Below are positions 34,200 to 43,603 of a stretch of DNA of 64,000 nt, in pieces (the first letter of the stretch is position 1; each line of letters starts with the position of its first letter). The notes below the pieces were generated by a model. That model was not told the DNA's origin, did not search any database, and saw nothing but the letters and a program-made list of their open reading frames with translations. Both the position numbers and the translations under genes were made by a program. The stretch is from a virus (taxonomy: Duplodnaviria; Caudoviricetes): positions 960 to 64,959 of IMG/VR virus record IMGVR_UViG_3300046373_000059; one strand, 5' to 3'.

Positions 34200-34485
34200 G
34201 ATCGTCCTCGTCGTCTTCCATCAGATGAACCCGGCTGTTCGGGTAGACCTCTTGCGTCTTCGCCTTGCGGCCCCGCTTCGTCTGCCAGTTGGCCGCCTTC
34301 TTGGCTGCCTTGTCTGCTGCGATGCGTTCCCGTTTTGCAATTATATCGTCGAGGCGCTTCTGCTCATTATCTGCGCGCTCTGCCTTCACCTGGGCTGCGC
34401 GGCGTGCCATGACCTTTTGCGTAGGAGGAAGCGTATCCAGCCAGTCGAGGAATGCTTGCGTGGGCTTCCACATGGAATCGTTCAT
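34150..34485 (-). CDS. Hypothetical basic protein
   Basis: Fills the operon gap; overlaps the downstream start. Confidence 0.55.
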   Translation of the reverse strand: MNDSMWKPTQAFLDWLDTLPPTQKVMARRAAQVKAERADNEQKRLDDIIAKRERIAADKAAKKAANWQTKRGRKAKTQEVYPNSRVHLMEDDEDDHGKRKPASANEHTPVE

Positions 34486-34500
34486 GGCACTTGCCTTTCG

Positions 34501-34752
34501 TTATTTGATGCCGCGACCGCTATGCTTCTGCGGTTCGTAGCTGTGGCCGCCGCCAAGCACCTTGTTGGCCTTGGCCTTGATCTTGCTGGCCGTGGATGGT
34601 GCGAGGTTGCCAGCGTTGACTTGCTGCGTGGCGCGGGCCTTGGCATTGGCCGCGTGCGCCTTGTCGTTGATGGGATAGGCCCGTTCCGCAGGCAGGGCAA
34701 ACTTCGATGCGGGCAGGGCGTTGCGTTGTTTGGCTTTCAGTTTCATGGTCAT
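34501..34752 (-). CDS. Small basic protein (DUF6582-like)
   Basis: RNALPASKFALP..RAYPINDKAHAANAKAR motif. Confidence 0.7.
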   Translation of the reverse strand: MTMKLKAKQRNALPASKFALPAERAYPINDKAHAANAKARATQQVNAGNLAPSTASKIKAKANKVLGGGHSYEPQKHSGRGIK

Positions 34753-36443
34753 ACTCCATCGCTGTACGTCGTAGGTTCCAGTATAGACTGGTCGATTATC
34801 GTGGGGGAGACAGGCTCCATATCGTACAGCCGAGATACCGCGTCAATCAAATCCTTTTTGCTGGAGAACGGGAAGAACAGGTACTCGTCCAGGAAGCCCT
34901 TGTTCAAGCTGTAGACGTTGCCTTCGTGGTCGCGGCGCTTGACCGGCTCGAAGATGCGGAAGCCCTGGCCCCGCTCGCGCAGCTTGATCTGGTTCGCTGT
35001 CTCGTATGGCTTCATGACCATGACCGGCTCGCCGTCGCTGCCGATGACAGGCTGATTGTGCTCGTCCAGCAGCGGCGTCTTGCGCACGCAAAGCTGGGCC
35101 ATGAAGAACTTGCCAGCCGCGAAGTCAGGCACGAGGCGTTGCACGCGGTCGCTCTTCGACTCGGTGCCGTCCTTCGTCCACGACAGCTCGATAATCTCGA
35201 AGGCGTCTTTGTCGCGCTGCATCTGCTCTTCAAAGTATTCCATGTCCGACTGCATGCCGTACTTTTCGTACCCTACCTTGACCATCTGCACGCCTGGGCG
35301 CGACATCCAGACGCGGCGCAGGTTGCGCATGTTCTCCCAGCGCTCGCGCAGGTTCATCTTGTGACGGTATCCGTCAAGGAAATACTTGTTGCCGCCGCTG
35401 TCGATGCCGATGACAGCCATGGCCGTGTTGTCGCTGCCCTTCTTCTTCGAGCTGGCAGGATCGACCATGATGTACACGTTGAGCGTGGACGGGCGGATGT
35501 CGATGAACTGGAGCCATTCCTTCTTGAACATGGCCTCATTGCCCGCTGCTGGATTCTGGAGCATCTGGCATGCGATGGTAGCCGGGCCTTGCGTCAGCTT
35601 CTTCGCGGCCCAGGCGGCAGGCGTCAGCATCACGGGGATGCCATCGGCAAGGCCGTTATGCGTGGCAGGGTAGATGCGTGGCTTCAGGGCGCCGCGCTCC
35701 ATGATGTCGTTGTACGTGTCCGCGAAGCTGTACCGCGTGCCGACGTGCCAAGCGCGGGCGACATCGACGCCGGGCGAGCGTGCGCCCAGGTTGTCCGACA
35801 GCTCCCAGGCTGCCGTGGCCTTCGCCACCTGTTCGGGCGTGCTGACGGATTCGGGTGTCACCACGTCATCGTACACGCGCAGCGTCCAGTGGCCGCCTGT
35901 TGGCTGGCCGTCGATCAGGCCGTGCGCTTCGAGCGTGGCTTCCTTCGGGTTCGACTTGCGGCGGACTACCAGACCCTTTTCCTCAGACCACTTGGGCGCC
36001 TCCTTGCGGGGGTCGCTCCACAGCACGTCCGGGTAGGTCTTCACCAGCTCTTCATTGGTTTCAAACTCCTGCTTGATCTGGAGCATGAACTTGCGGGCAA
36101 TGGGCTTTGTGTGGCTGAAGATGACGATGGTGATTTCGGGATCGCGCAGAATCTCCTGGATGATCCCGGCGAATGTGATGATGGTGCTCTTGTAGTGCTC
36201 GCGTGCCCACAGGTCGAGATAGCCATCTGTGTCCAGCTCTACCTCACGGCAGCGGGCATACAGCCACGGGTGCAGCGCGTCCAGGCGATGAAGCAGGACT
36301 ACCAGCAGATAGAAGCGATCCACCAGCCCCAAGTCCTTGCGCACGCCTGGGCCGTAGCGATTCTCATACTCTTCCCATAGGTCGAGGATGTTATCGAACG
36401 GCGCAGCGTGAAGGGCAAAGATTTCGTCATCGGTTAGCAGCAT
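34749..36443 (-). CDS. terL: Terminase large subunit
   Basis: AREHYKST (Walker A variant), RVYDDVV (Walker B), VGTRY, MVDPA..DNTA, DLIDA nuclease motifs. Confidence 0.92.
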   Translation of the reverse strand: MLLTDDEIFALHAAPFDNILDLWEEYENRYGPGVRKDLGLVDRFYLLVVLLHRLDALHPWLYARCREVELDTDGYLDLWAREHYKSTIITFAGIIQEILRDPEITIVIFSHTKPIARKFMLQIKQEFETNEELVKTYPDVLWSDPRKEAPKWSEEKGLVVRRKSNPKEATLEAHGLIDGQPTGGHWTLRVYDDVVTPESVSTPEQVAKATAAWELSDNLGARSPGVDVARAWHVGTRYSFADTYNDIMERGALKPRIYPATHNGLADGIPVMLTPAAWAAKKLTQGPATIACQMLQNPAAGNEAMFKKEWLQFIDIRPSTLNVYIMVDPASSKKKGSDNTAMAVIGIDSGGNKYFLDGYRHKMNLRERWENMRNLRRVWMSRPGVQMVKVGYEKYGMQSDMEYFEEQMQRDKDAFEIIELSWTKDGTESKSDRVQRLVPDFAAGKFFMAQLCVRKTPLLDEHNQPVIGSDGEPVMVMKPYETANQIKLRERGQGFRIFEPVKRRDHEGNVYSLNKGFLDEYLFFPFSSKKDLIDAVSRLYDMEPVSPTIIDQSILEPTTYSDGV

Positions 36444-36445
36444 GC

Positions 36446-36727
36446 CTACAATGCTATCACTACACTGTCACTGCGCAGAAGTTCGTTGCCTGCGATCTGC
36501 TCTATGACCAGCACGCCGTCCAGCCAAACCTGCCTGCATTCGCTTTCGATGTCGCGCAGGCACTCGCCCGAAGCGATCAGGTCGCGCATGATCCTGGGAT
36601 GGATGGCAATGAGCGTGGGCACTTCCTCTGTCTCCAGGTAGCATTCCTGGATGGACCAGCGCAGGTACTTCACCATGTCGGGCTGGCATATCGTGTCGAG
36701 TACCTTGCAGACCGGGCAGGACATCAT
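36446..36727 (-). CDS. Hypothetical protein
   Basis: Coupled ORF between neighbours. Confidence 0.55.
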   Translation of the reverse strand: MMSCPVCKVLDTICQPDMVKYLRWSIQECYLETEEVPTLIAIHPRIMRDLIASGECLRDIESECRQVWLDGVLVIEQIAGNELLRSDSVVIAL

Positions 36728-36990
36728 GCCCCCGCGAGCGGTCGAAACACGACGATGCGGACGACCTCATTGCGCAGCTTGCACGTCAACACAATGGTGT
36801 CAGGCACGCCCGTGGATGGCGTGTACTTGTAGGTAACGACGGCTCCCGTATAGCCGATCAACAGGCGCACAGCAGCGATGATGCCCGCCCTGGTACTGGC
36901 CGCCGCGTCGCTGATGTCGGTATCGTAATACTGCTTGTAGTTCAAGGACGACATGCTGTCCTTGTCGTTGACTGTGACGATCATTCTCAT
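36724..36990 (-). CDS. Hypothetical protein
   Basis: Coupled ORF. Confidence 0.55.
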   Translation of the reverse strand: MRMIVTVNDKDSMSSLNYKQYYDTDISDAAASTRAGIIAAVRLLIGYTGAVVTYKYTPSTGVPDTIVLTCKLRNEVVRIVVFRPLAGA

Positions 36991-37425
36991 TTATAGCTCC
37001 AGTGTGTCGATACCGTTGCCGCAGTAGACATTGAACTTGGATGCGATGCCCACGGCTGCCGCAGCGTCAAGGCCAATAGCCATGGATGCGCGTGCGAAGT
37101 CTGCGCCGCTGCCGTAGGCCACATGCTTATCTTCGACCCGCATGAACTGCGGCCCGTTGACGCCTTCCAGGTGAAACGCCTTGCCGGATTTCGTAATCAG
37201 CAGCATGTTGCCCGCTGCGTCAGCGTTCTCTGGCCTGGGGAACTTGCTGCGCGTGGCCCCGGCGCGCATCCAGTTGACGATGGCGATGCCGTGCGCCGAA
37301 CCGCCATGGATGCCGACGATACCTTGCGGGACACGATGCAGCTTCGTGATGGTGATAGCCATGCTCCCGTATGTCGCCAGCTTGTCGGCTGCCAGCGTCT
37401 TGCCGTCCCACGCGATGACAGTCAT
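36991..37425 (-). CDS. HslV/proteasome-beta-like Ntn peptidase
   Basis: N-terminal M-T-VIAWDGKTLAADK, TKL, GSGADFA...A..AV.IA.......G. Confidence 0.75.
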   Translation of the reverse strand: MTVIAWDGKTLAADKLATYGSMAITITKLHRVPQGIVGIHGGSAHGIAIVNWMRAGATRSKFPRPENADAAGNMLLITKSGKAFHLEGVNGPQFMRVEDKHVAYGSGADFARASMAIGLDAAAAVGIASKFNVYCGNGIDTLEL

Positions 37426-37901
37426 GCGAATGGCTCCAGTTTGGTAGTGTCGGCCAGGGTCAGCGGGTGCAGTGGATGGCCTTCATCATCCACGCCCAGG
37501 CACTTGGCGCGCACGCCCTTGGATGCTAAGTAGTTCATGATGTGGTCTACGTCGTCAGGCGCCGCACTCGCGCCCCAGGCGCAGACCACAGGGCCGGTCG
37601 CACCAGCAACAGCGAAGGCGATGTGATGCAGGTTGTCGGGGCCAGATGGGTCGTCAGCCTGCTGCAAGTCCTTCAGCCGCTTGGCGACGAATCCATAGAT
37701 GCACACGACTTCGATTGCTGTGCAGCCGTTGCGCTTTGCGATGGCGATGCACTTGTCCGTGATGGGGTCGTCATACAGCTCGTCCGCCGTGCCTGGGTTC
37801 AACAGGATGAAGACCATGCTCTTGCCGCCGCCCCAGCGCCGCGATAGGTAATACCGATACTCGCCAGTTGCTTCATTGGCTACTACTGCGCTACGTTCCA
37901 T
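37422..37901 (-). CDS. DUF1643 family protein
   Basis: YRYYLSRRW, FILLNPGTAD..DDP, VVCAWG, G.P.HPL. Confidence 0.85.
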   Translation of the reverse strand: MERSAVVANEATGEYRYYLSRRWGGGKSMVFILLNPGTADELYDDPITDKCIAIAKRNGCTAIEVVCIYGFVAKRLKDLQQADDPSGPDNLHHIAFAVAGATGPVVCAWGASAAPDDVDHIMNYLASKGVRAKCLGVDDEGHPLHPLTLADTTKLEPFA

Positions 37902-38148
37902 CCCTGCCCCCTTGTTTGACCCGGCGCATCAGCTCCAGGCGGTTGATCTTGCCTTGCCCCATTCCACAGCGCTCGCACATTGGCTCGCAGCCTGGGGCTG
38001 CAATCCGGTGCGTGTGCTTGCACTCGGACTGCATGATTTCCAGGCGACGGGCGATCAGTTGCAAGTCGGTATTCGTCAGGCTGCCACCTGTTGCCATGGC
38101 CGTCCTGATGCGGCCAATGAGGTCGCCTGTCACCTGTGTGATGGTCAT
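37891..38148 (-). CDS. Hypothetical protein with CxH...CxxC
   Basis: Operonic ORF. Confidence 0.6.
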   Translation of the reverse strand: MTITQVTGDLIGRIRTAMATGGSLTNTDLQLIARRLEIMQSECKHTHRIAAPGCEPMCERCGMGQGKINRLELMRRVKQGGRDGT

Positions 38149-38153
38149 GATGG

Positions 38154-38405
38154 TCAGACCGGGACGTGTTGCGCGAAGCCGGTATGGTCTTGCGTGTCTT
38201 CGACCAGCGTAGGCGCCGGGGCGAAGGCCAGCGAGTCCAGGAGCTGCTGATAATCGTGGGCACGCTGCTTCGCTTCCTGCGCCCAGCGCTCTTCATTGAT
38301 GACGGACTTACGGGAGCGCGCTGCCTGCTGTTCGGAGCGGGACGCGCTTGCCAGTTCCTTGTCGCGCAGTTCGGTAAGTTCTTGCTTGATGGTATAGGAA
38401 AGCAT
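38154..38405 (-). CDS. Hypothetical coiled-coil protein
   Basis: AAGGA RBS. Confidence 0.6.
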   Translation of the reverse strand: MLSYTIKQELTELRDKELASASRSEQQAARSRKSVINEERWAQEAKQRAHDYQQLLDSLAFAPAPTLVEDTQDHTGFAQHVPV

Positions 38406-38414
38406 TGTGGTTCC

Positions 38415-38651
38415 TTAGTTGTGCTTCGGTGGATTGGGATGCGCGCCGCTCGCGCTGGTCAGGTTCGCCTGTTCCACTTGGATGGCAAGCGACTTGTACT
38501 GCTTCGCCAGCGTGGCGTGATAGGCCGCGTGGCTCGTCAGTTTGGTGGACTCGGCATAGGCCGCTTCCGCCTTGGCTGTCAGCTCCTTGGCGTGCGCTTC
38601 ACTTTCCTGGGCGCTTGCCAGCAGCATGTTATAGACTTCGGTGGCGTACAT
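38415..38651 (-). CDS. Hypothetical coiled-coil protein
   Basis: AAAGGA RBS. Confidence 0.6.
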   Translation of the reverse strand: MYATEVYNMLLASAQESEAHAKELTAKAEAAYAESTKLTSHAAYHATLAKQYKSLAIQVEQANLTSASGAHPNPPKHN

Positions 38652-38734
38652 ATTGTTCCTTTATGTTGCGATGCCGCACCCTATGACGAGTGCGGCAAAA
38701 CGCGGGTTTTGACTTCAGGTCATGTTGCAGTGCG

Positions 38735-39094
38735 CTACGTGCATTTACCGGCGCCCTTGGCTTCCTGGATTTTCTCCAGCTCGTTCTGCGCTTTGGCCGC
38801 CGCTGCCTTGGCCTTGTCGATGCGCCCGATCAGGATCATGAAGGCTTCACGGGATACGAGGATGCAGTTGTCCTTGTTGGCGCAGCCGATGGCGTCGTCT
38901 TCGCTGACTGCCAGGACGCCATAGCCGTGCGTGCTGGCCTTTACTGCTTCGGATGGTGCTGCCACCAGCTCCTGCTTGGCCTTGGCTGGCGGGTCGGCTG
39001 CCTGGGCATGGCCCGAGAACAGGAGGATGGTGCCGATGATGGCGAAGGCCACTGCTGCATACAGCGACCAGTTTTTGCGGATGTGAGACAGCAT
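38735..39094 (-). CDS. Exported/periplasmic protein
   Basis: AGGAG RBS; signal peptide ending AQA-A; Cys pairs. Confidence 0.7.
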   Translation of the reverse strand: MLSHIRKNWSLYAAVAFAIIGTILLFSGHAQAADPPAKAKQELVAAPSEAVKASTHGYGVLAVSEDDAIGCANKDNCILVSREAFMILIGRIDKAKAAAAKAQNELEKIQEAKGAGKCT

Positions 39095-39125
39095 GGTGAT
39101 ACTCCTTTGTTTTACTGCGGTTGCA

Positions 39126-39353
39126 CTACGGATTCATCGAATCGAGGTCAACATCGGCCCCGCATTTAACGCACTTGCCCGTCTTGTCTCCAAGGGCGGC
39201 CAGCACGCGGAAGTGGTCGCAAGGCTGTTCGTCGCTCCACTCGTTGTACAGATTTGTACAGTCGTGCTGGATGTACACCAGCAGGGGAATCAGGATGCCC
39301 ACGACGATAGCCATCATGTACATCCCCACTCCCACGTTCAAGATCATGCCCAT
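39126..39353 (-). CDS. Small membrane protein with CxH...CxxC
   Basis: N-terminal TM segment; coupled to the upstream stop. Confidence 0.55.
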   Translation of the reverse strand: MGMILNVGVGMYMMAIVVGILIPLLVYIQHDCTNLYNEWSDEQPCDHFRVLAALGDKTGKCVKCGADVDLDSMNP

Positions 39354-40297
39354 CAGCAGCCCCCGGCTTTGCCTATGTCCTTCATGTTGATCTGAGCCAT
39401 CAGCGCTCGCAGTGCTGCCGTGGGCGTAGGGCCATATGATGCTTTGCCGTCCAGTGAAGCCTTCCAGCGCGCAGCACCTGTAGGGAATACTACGACGATG
39501 CTGGGCAGGGCCGCAATAGAGCGCTTCTGCTGCACGCCTTCCAGCGTCCTGGGTATGCGGTAGGACGATGGCCGCGATTGCCTGCGCACGCCGATGTAGC
39601 GCGCCAGGGCGTCATATGCTGTTGCTGGCGTCATGCCACGCGCATGGTGCGCCGACTCGTCCGCCTGCCACTCCGTCATGCCGCTGATGGATGCCTTGAC
39701 GGGGCGCAGCCGTGGATAGAACGGCGCTTCGGCCTTCTTCTTCGCCTCTTCCATCTTGCGCAGTACCTGACTGACGGGAGATTCAGTGATGCAGCTAGGC
39801 TGGAGCTGCGCCACCATATCCAGCAGCAGCTTGCTGGGCTGGAGCTTGTGCAGCTCTGCCAAGTCCTTGTTGAGCTTCCTCTTCGCATCCAACAGTGCAG
39901 GGTCGAGGCTGTCGCTGCTGACGACGAAGCGGATATTCTCCAGGAAGCCAATCTCCATCTTGTCGTCGGGCTTGTTCGCCATGTCGATAATGTGGTTTGG
40001 CCGGTAAATGTCGGCAGTCGGTATGTGCTTGCCGCCTTGCATGACGCCCACGCCGGTCATGTTAGCCTCGCGGATGGCCGCCTGCACTTGCTCATGGATG
40101 GCCGGGCTTTTGATGAAGTAGTCACGCTCGCCAGCGTATTTGACGCCCTTGAGTCGTGGCGGACGATGCGCTGAATTGTCGTCCAGCGAGCGGTTAAAAA
40201 AGGCATTCAGGGCGCGGTATTCGTCGCTCATGACTTCCTCTTGCAGCGCCTTCATCCTGGCCGCGTCGTCAGGGTCGTATGGATCGTAATTGCTCAT
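39353..40297 (-). CDS. Hypothetical mosaic protein
   Basis: 314-aa ORF coupled to terS. Confidence 0.65.
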   Translation of the reverse strand: MSNYDPYDPDDAARMKALQEEVMSDEYRALNAFFNRSLDDNSAHRPPRLKGVKYAGERDYFIKSPAIHEQVQAAIREANMTGVGVMQGGKHIPTADIYRPNHIIDMANKPDDKMEIGFLENIRFVVSSDSLDPALLDAKRKLNKDLAELHKLQPSKLLLDMVAQLQPSCITESPVSQVLRKMEEAKKKAEAPFYPRLRPVKASISGMTEWQADESAHHARGMTPATAYDALARYIGVRRQSRPSSYRIPRTLEGVQQKRSIAALPSIVVVFPTGAARWKASLDGKASYGPTPTAALRALMAQINMKDIGKAGGC

Positions 40298-40992
40298 TTC
40301 GTGCCTTTCAGTGACTTCATTTTCTCGCGCAGCTTGTTGTAATCCGTGATGGTGCCGACTACCTGCTGGATAGGCCCGTCGTCCAGGCCCACTACCTCAG
40401 TCACGGTGCGGTCACGCCAGTGGCGATTCTGCCGATTCTTCAGCCACGTAAGCGCTGCCTGCGTGTCGGGCGGGTAGTGCTTGATGATTGGCGTTTCGAT
40501 AATATCTCCCTTGTACATTTTTATATCCACGTCGGGATGGGAGTAGCCGAGCGCCCGTTGCAAGAGGGACGCAGCGACGGCTCCATCAGCCTGTTCCCGC
40601 CCTTGCTCCAGGCTGTTCATAATCCCTTCATGCTCTTTTTTCCAATTGTTAAATGTGGATGGAGCGATGCAGAGACTATTGGCGATGGCATTGTCCGAAA
40701 AGCCCACCAGTGCGAGGTTATAGACCAGACGCGGGTGGCGCTCAGGATCGTACACAGAGGGGCGGCCTCCTACCGTAACTGGAGCAATGTCCCTTACGGT
40801 CTTTGTGTTCTTCCCCTTGGTGGGAGCCTTAGCCTTGCTCTTGGCTTTTGGCTTCGCCTTGGGTTGCGATGATGCTTTGCTTCCACTCGGCGTGTCCTTG
40901 GTCGTCGGGGTCGTCTTGCCCTGCTTCGAGTACCGTTTCCCCGTGCGGACGATAGGGATTTCATCCCCCAGGATTTCGTCGTCGTTGCTCAT
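40294..40992 (-). CDS. terS: Terminase small subunit
   Basis: GRPSVY, HTH (IANSLCIAPSTFNNW), SLLQRALGY, HYPPDTQAALTWLKNRQ..WRD. Confidence 0.88.
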   Translation of the reverse strand: MSNDDEILGDEIPIVRTGKRYSKQGKTTPTTKDTPSGSKASSQPKAKPKAKSKAKAPTKGKNTKTVRDIAPVTVGGRPSVYDPERHPRLVYNLALVGFSDNAIANSLCIAPSTFNNWKKEHEGIMNSLEQGREQADGAVAASLLQRALGYSHPDVDIKMYKGDIIETPIIKHYPPDTQAALTWLKNRQNRHWRDRTVTEVVGLDDGPIQQVVGTITDYNKLREKMKSLKGTK

Positions 40993-41034
40993 GGTCTACC
41001 CCTGCAATTGATGTTGACGCCTATTATCGTAGGT

Positions 41035-41115
41035 TTATCGCTTCTTGCCCTTGAGCCACATAGCCAGGATGCCAATGAGCACGATGAACTGGAGCACGTC
41101 CAGCAGCGCCCACAT
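41035..41115 (-). CDS. Possible 26-aa transmembrane peptide (MWALLDVLQFIVLIGILAMWLKGKKR)
   Basis: GGAGG RBS; start overlaps the upstream stop; TM segment with basic tail. Confidence 0.5.
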   Translation of the reverse strand: MWALLDVLQFIVLIGILAMWLKGKKR

Positions 41116-41441
41116 CACAGCCTCCTGTCTATAACGTTGATCCCCTTGGGGAACATAGGCGGCTTCCAGCCTTTATTGAGCATACGTACCACGTTGACGG
41201 TAAGCGTGTCTTTCGCTGGCAGTAGCAGGGAAAAATCATATTCCTTCGCCATGCGTGCCGGGCGCTTGATGATGGCCGTGTAGTAGTACCGCTCGCGTGG
41301 GTCATTCAGCCCGCAGACGCTGCGCATGTAGCCGACGACTTCCACTTCCATCAGCTCAGTGCGAAATGTATAGCTGCACTTGGAAAGCATGACCTTTTCC
41401 ACAGCGATGGCGGCGATGATGGTTTCGATGACATCCATCAC
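41115..41441 (-). CDS. Hypothetical protein
   Basis: Coupled ORF. Confidence 0.6.
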   Translation of the reverse strand: MMDVIETIIAAIAVEKVMLSKCSYTFRTELMEVEVVGYMRSVCGLNDPRERYYYTAIIKRPARMAKEYDFSLLLPAKDTLTVNVVRMLNKGWKPPMFPKGINVIDRRL

Positions 41442-41752
41442 GCGCCGCCTTTCTTGAATTCTTCCTGTTCCGCGATGGTGTAGCCGTTCATGGTGTCCTT
41501 GGAGCGCATGGCCTTAATCAGCACTTTCGCCACTTCAGGCGCAAGGCGATCCACGGTGTATTCGCGCATATCCCGCACGCGATGTACGGTAGCCATTGGC
41601 GTGTCGAAAAATGGGAATGGCCCATCGGACATTTTCAACGGCGTCATCACCTCATTCATGTCAGGCGATAAATCGACGGCTGCCTCGGCAAAGACGTTGC
41701 CGAACCTGCCTTCTTCGATGATGACGCGGATTCTCAGTGGTGCGCGCATCAT
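41438..41752 (-). CDS. Hypothetical protein
   Basis: Coupled ORF, DTMNGY motif. Confidence 0.65.
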   Translation of the reverse strand: MMRAPLRIRVIIEEGRFGNVFAEAAVDLSPDMNEVMTPLKMSDGPFPFFDTPMATVHRVRDMREYTVDRLAPEVAKVLIKAMRSKDTMNGYTIAEQEEFKKGGA

Positions 41753-42327
41753 ACCCCCGCCTTCCCAGCAAGTGCAGCACGGGCGGCGATGACTTCTTCA
41801 TCTTCTTCCGGGTTCCAGTGGCCCCAATCGCCGCTATTCACGTTGCCCACGTACATTTTGAGAAAGTCTTCCAGCGCCAGCCGCAGCGCGCATTCATTTG
41901 CAGCGCTGGCTTTCCAGGCATTCCAAACATTAACCGGCTGCGACGTGGCTGCCGCAAGAGCGGAGCGCAATTCAGCTATTTCCTCGATCATGTGTTTCGT
42001 GCTTCCTGGGCGCACACGATGATTCCCTGTCCGCTCTTGCCATGTTTTAATCTTCTTCCCATCCTCTGCAATTTTGATCGTGGCCGCCACGCAATCGCAA
42101 TGATCGTCAGCCGAGTCTATCGTGAAGGGGAACATGAGATTGCAATGCGCCTCGTGGCCGTGCTTGTTCAATTTCGCGTTTGGCGATACCACGGCCTCGA
42201 CGGAGCTGATGAATTCTTCCAGCGCCTTACGTGGCCCGAAGGCGTCTACTCCGCAGCTCATGCGTGCAAAGTCGTCCATGTCGTTGAGGGCTTGCCGCGC
42301 CCGCGCAATTTGCTTGATGTCCATCAT
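41749..42327 (-). CDS. Hypothetical mosaic protein
   Basis: IKTWQER...MIEEIAELRSAL and NSGDWGHWNPE modules seen in phage accessory proteins. Confidence 0.65.
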   Translation of the reverse strand: MMDIKQIARARQALNDMDDFARMSCGVDAFGPRKALEEFISSVEAVVSPNAKLNKHGHEAHCNLMFPFTIDSADDHCDCVAATIKIAEDGKKIKTWQERTGNHRVRPGSTKHMIEEIAELRSALAAATSQPVNVWNAWKASAANECALRLALEDFLKMYVGNVNSGDWGHWNPEEDEEVIAARAALAGKAGV

Positions 42328-42509
42328 TCCCCCTTGTGAATCGCAACAAGATTGTCCTTGGCAGCGGCTTTTTCTGCATCGTCAGCGTCAACGAAAACAT
42401 ATGCCTGCTGACTACCCTTGATGCGCTTCCGGTACACGACGCCGCCGAAACCATACGTCGTATCTGGCCGCAAAAACATCAAGGCTCCTACTGGGCTGGC
42501 TTTCATCAT
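42324..42509 (-). CDS. Small hypothetical protein
   Basis: Coupled ORF. Confidence 0.5.
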   Translation of the reverse strand: MMKASPVGALMFLRPDTTYGFGGVVYRKRIKGSQQAYVFVDADDAEKAAAKDNLVAIHKGE

Positions 42510-43114
42510 TCCCCCGTGCGGTCGTGTTCGATTGCCTTGTCAGGGTCAGCCGTGCGCCAGTCAGGCCAGTTGCGGCCCTCGTTCTTGGCCTGCTTCGCCT
42601 TCAGGGCGTCGATGATCTGCTGGGGCGATGCACCTACCCGCCACGCGCCGTCCAGGCCCAGGATAACGATGTCGATCCACTCTTTCAGGTCGAGGGGATC
42701 GGCTGCCACTTCGCCCAGCTCCTTGGTGATGTGGTCGATGATGCCTTTCGTGCGCTGGCCTGGGCCGAACGTGTTGCGCGACCACTCGGCCTGCCGCGAC
42801 AGGTGCTCGAAGAAGCTCCAGCCGCCCTGGCCCGTGGCAAAGCCCTTGTTGTACTGGCTGTCGGCGTATTCATGGGCGTCTTCCACCGTTACCCAGGTTC
42901 CCGCCTTCGTGCGGATCATGCCCCCAGGCGGCGGCGCTGGTGCGTAGCGCGTCAGGCCGGGCGCTTCCAGCACCACGTCAAGCGGCGGCGTGCCATCGGC
43001 GGGCGCCTGCATGCCCAGGACTTCGCGGAACGCGCCCATGGTCATGCCTTGCAGCCGCTTGCTGGCAAACTGCTTGATGCGAAGGTGGAAAGCTTTTTCG
43101 AGTGCTTGGCTCAT
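42506..43114 (-). CDS. dATP/dGTP pyrophosphohydrolase (DUF550, MazG-like) domain protein
   Basis: QAEWSRNTFGPG..GIIDHITKELGE...EWIDIVILGLDGAWR...KNEGRNWPDW. Confidence 0.85.
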   Translation of the reverse strand: MSQALEKAFHLRIKQFASKRLQGMTMGAFREVLGMQAPADGTPPLDVVLEAPGLTRYAPAPPPGGMIRTKAGTWVTVEDAHEYADSQYNKGFATGQGGWSFFEHLSRQAEWSRNTFGPGQRTKGIIDHITKELGEVAADPLDLKEWIDIVILGLDGAWRVGASPQQIIDALKAKQAKNEGRNWPDWRTADPDKAIEHDRTGE

Positions 43115-43308
43115 TTTGGAACCTCTACGGATTGGAGCGTGGAGAAATACGAGTCGATCAATGCGATCAACACGTAGGTGGACGAGGTGGAACCTGGGAG
43201 GGGTAGCGCTGCCTTGCGCAGCTCATGCTTTGCGCGAAACAGCAGGCGAACAGCGCGCTCCAGTTCTGGAAGCGCCGTGCCCAATTCGGGTATCTTTGTG
43301 GCGGTCAT
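43111..43308 (-). CDS. Small hypothetical protein
   Basis: Coupled to the DUF550 gene. Confidence 0.5.
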   Translation of the reverse strand: MTATKIPELGTALPELERAVRLLFRAKHELRKAALPLPGSTSSTYVLIALIDSYFSTLQSVEVPK

Positions 43309-43348
43309 TGCGGTCTTTCTGTAGTGGGGTAAGAGGGGTGAAACGGTA

Positions 43349-43585
43349 TTACTTTTTCTTTTCGACTTGCTGCACGCCCTTGTATGCGTTGCGGATGATG
43401 TTGCTGAAGCCGACGCCGAGCGAGTCGGATTTCATCAGCTTGTCATAGTGCGCCTGCGTCACATTTGCATAGTGGTACACGCTGCCAGCAGGATTATTCT
43501 TGCTGCCTACGAAATGCACTGCAAGCGTGCCGTTTTCGTAGCCGATTGCTGCGATGTTGCTGGACTTAACTGCGGTCATCTTCAT
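43349..43585 (-). CDS. KTSC domain protein
   Basis: VKSSNIAAIGY...LAVHF...VYHYANV...LMKSDSLG..F...IR. Confidence 0.88.
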   Translation of the reverse strand: MKMTAVKSSNIAAIGYENGTLAVHFVGSKNNPAGSVYHYANVTQAHYDKLMKSDSLGVGFSNIIRNAYKGVQQVEKKK

Positions 43586-43603
43586 GCTGTTCTCCAGTTG
43601 GTA

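Noticed and set aside
34900-35100. Insertion in the TerL nuclease domain as an intein
   Set aside because: Only about 60 residues, with no intein C/S start block or HN-C/S/T end.
38670-38700. Hairpin TGCCGCAC/GTGCGGCA as a terminator or tRNA fragment
   Set aside because: No T-run follows on the coding (minus) strand and there are no tRNA features; function cannot be supported.
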